The notes beneath the pieces are model-generated. The model was not told the origin of the DNA and ran no database searches. It saw only the letters and a list, made by a program, of their open reading frames with translations. A DNA stretch of 64,000 nucleotides from Isurus oxyrinchus (lineage: Eukaryota). Numbering within the stretch: the stretch's first letter is position 1; each line of letters opens with the position of its first letter. Position numbers and translations under genes: made by a program. Positions 62,801 through 64,000 of this stretch are shown in pieces. The stretch spans positions 80,724,001-80,788,000 of the forward strand of contig JANJGN010000021.1 of assembly GCA_026770705.1 (NCBI GenBank), read 5' to 3'.

Positions 62801-64000
62801 TACTTGTACTTGTATTTTTTTTGTTGTAGTCGTACTTTCACCATCTTGTCCCAATAATCAGTTCACTGCAATGTTCTGTACAATCCTGTTTAAACTACTT
62901 CGCAGGATGACAAAGTCCTGCTGGATAATAATGGAGCACCCTGTCACTCAGGTCCCGGTGTTAACTTAGAGTGGAAACACAGCTGGTGGGGATGAGGTGA
63001 GTAACAAACCTATCCCCCCCCCACCCCCACTCCTGCCTGTTAACCTCAGCAGCATGAAGCCCAGTAGCCTTTAACTCACAGGCCTCATTTGCACATCCCC
63101 CAAAACCAGTGGGAAATGGAATGAAGTCTATCACAAGGCCATTTGCTGGCAACAGAGATATCCAGCCCTCAAGTAAGTCACAAGGAGGCAATTTTGGGAG
63201 GAACTTTGTAGTATAGATGTCAGGCAGATAAAGAGTTAATGTGGAACTGAGTACAGTTCTGCCCACAAAGTGATGTGAGAGAATAAATGACCCACACCTA
63301 GGAGTCAGTGTAATGTTGGACAGAGCCATTGTAGAAGCAAGCATGGAAACTCCTAGCTTGGACCTTTACTGTACCTGTGCATATAGTTTCCAGTAGTTAA
63401 TAAATACTGTTAAAACTACCAAAAACTATGAATAACTTAGTAAGACCTACCAAACTACGCTCAACACCTTACAACAGAGTTGTGATCAGAAAGGAGGCGG
63501 AGTATATGACAGGGAAAGCCGAAGCTTTCCTTGTGGGACCAGGGGATAGAACAACAGTTTGAGGAAAGTTACAAAGGGTAGGTACATAATGCCAGAAATC
63601 TTAGCCTTTGATAATGGTACAGAGGAGACAAAGATATAATAGTGACCCAGAGTCAAAGGAGTTCAGGCTGCAATACAAGGCTGCAGATGACCACGCAGAG
63701 AAGGTGGGATGAGGCTGTGGAGTGAATGAAAATAAAGACAAGGACCAGGAAACAGGAATTGCTAGATGGAAAAAGACCAAAGGGTGGGATTTCCAGCTCT
63801 TGTTGATGACGTATGTCACGGCGAGCAGGAGCAGAATATATCGCAAGACAAAAAAGCCAGTTTACATCGGTGAAAAAATAGGGTCCTATCATCCACTCCA
63901 GACTTCAGTGGCAGAGCATATTTCCTGACAGAGGCTCTGCAAGGGGCCGCAGGGTAAGGCCTCCACCAGGGGAATGAGTGTGCAGGGCACCTTCAACTCA

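Noticed and set aside
63240-64000. Possible LTR plus internal region at the window end
   Set aside because: No recognisable protein motif or verifiable PBS, and it is truncated by the window edge.

Overview
Eukaryotic, repeat-rich vertebrate DNA, almost certainly from a cartilaginous fish (shark-like). It holds one real host gene: a complete, apparently intact MHC class II alpha-chain gene on the + strand. The coding exons are 20936-21002, 27880-28128, 44594-44875 and 57409-57554 (247 aa), with an X-Y promoter at about 20741-20783 and a probable 3'-UTR exon at about 62503-62800. The gene is stretched over about 42 kb by transposon-filled introns. The rest is tandem repeats (35-bp array at 1-6320, 69-bp array, 22/30-bp mosaic array, GC-rich array behind exon 2) and transposable elements (CR1 and L2 LINEs, Deu-type SINEs, Harbinger elements and MITEs, a hAT MITE, Gypsy remnants). 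Intron 3 holds a nested stack of insertions. The most unusual is a full-length Tx1/L1-clade retrotransposon (46195-51406, 19-bp TSD) whose roughly 50-nt 5' leader starts with a 26/30 match to the 5' end of U1 snRNA and can fold into a hairpin. Next to it is a Penelope-like element built as a ~1-kb inverted repeat carrying variant hammerhead-ribozyme motifs. Most ORFs in the supplied track are repeat artefacts. Family names rest on recalled motifs, not on database searches.
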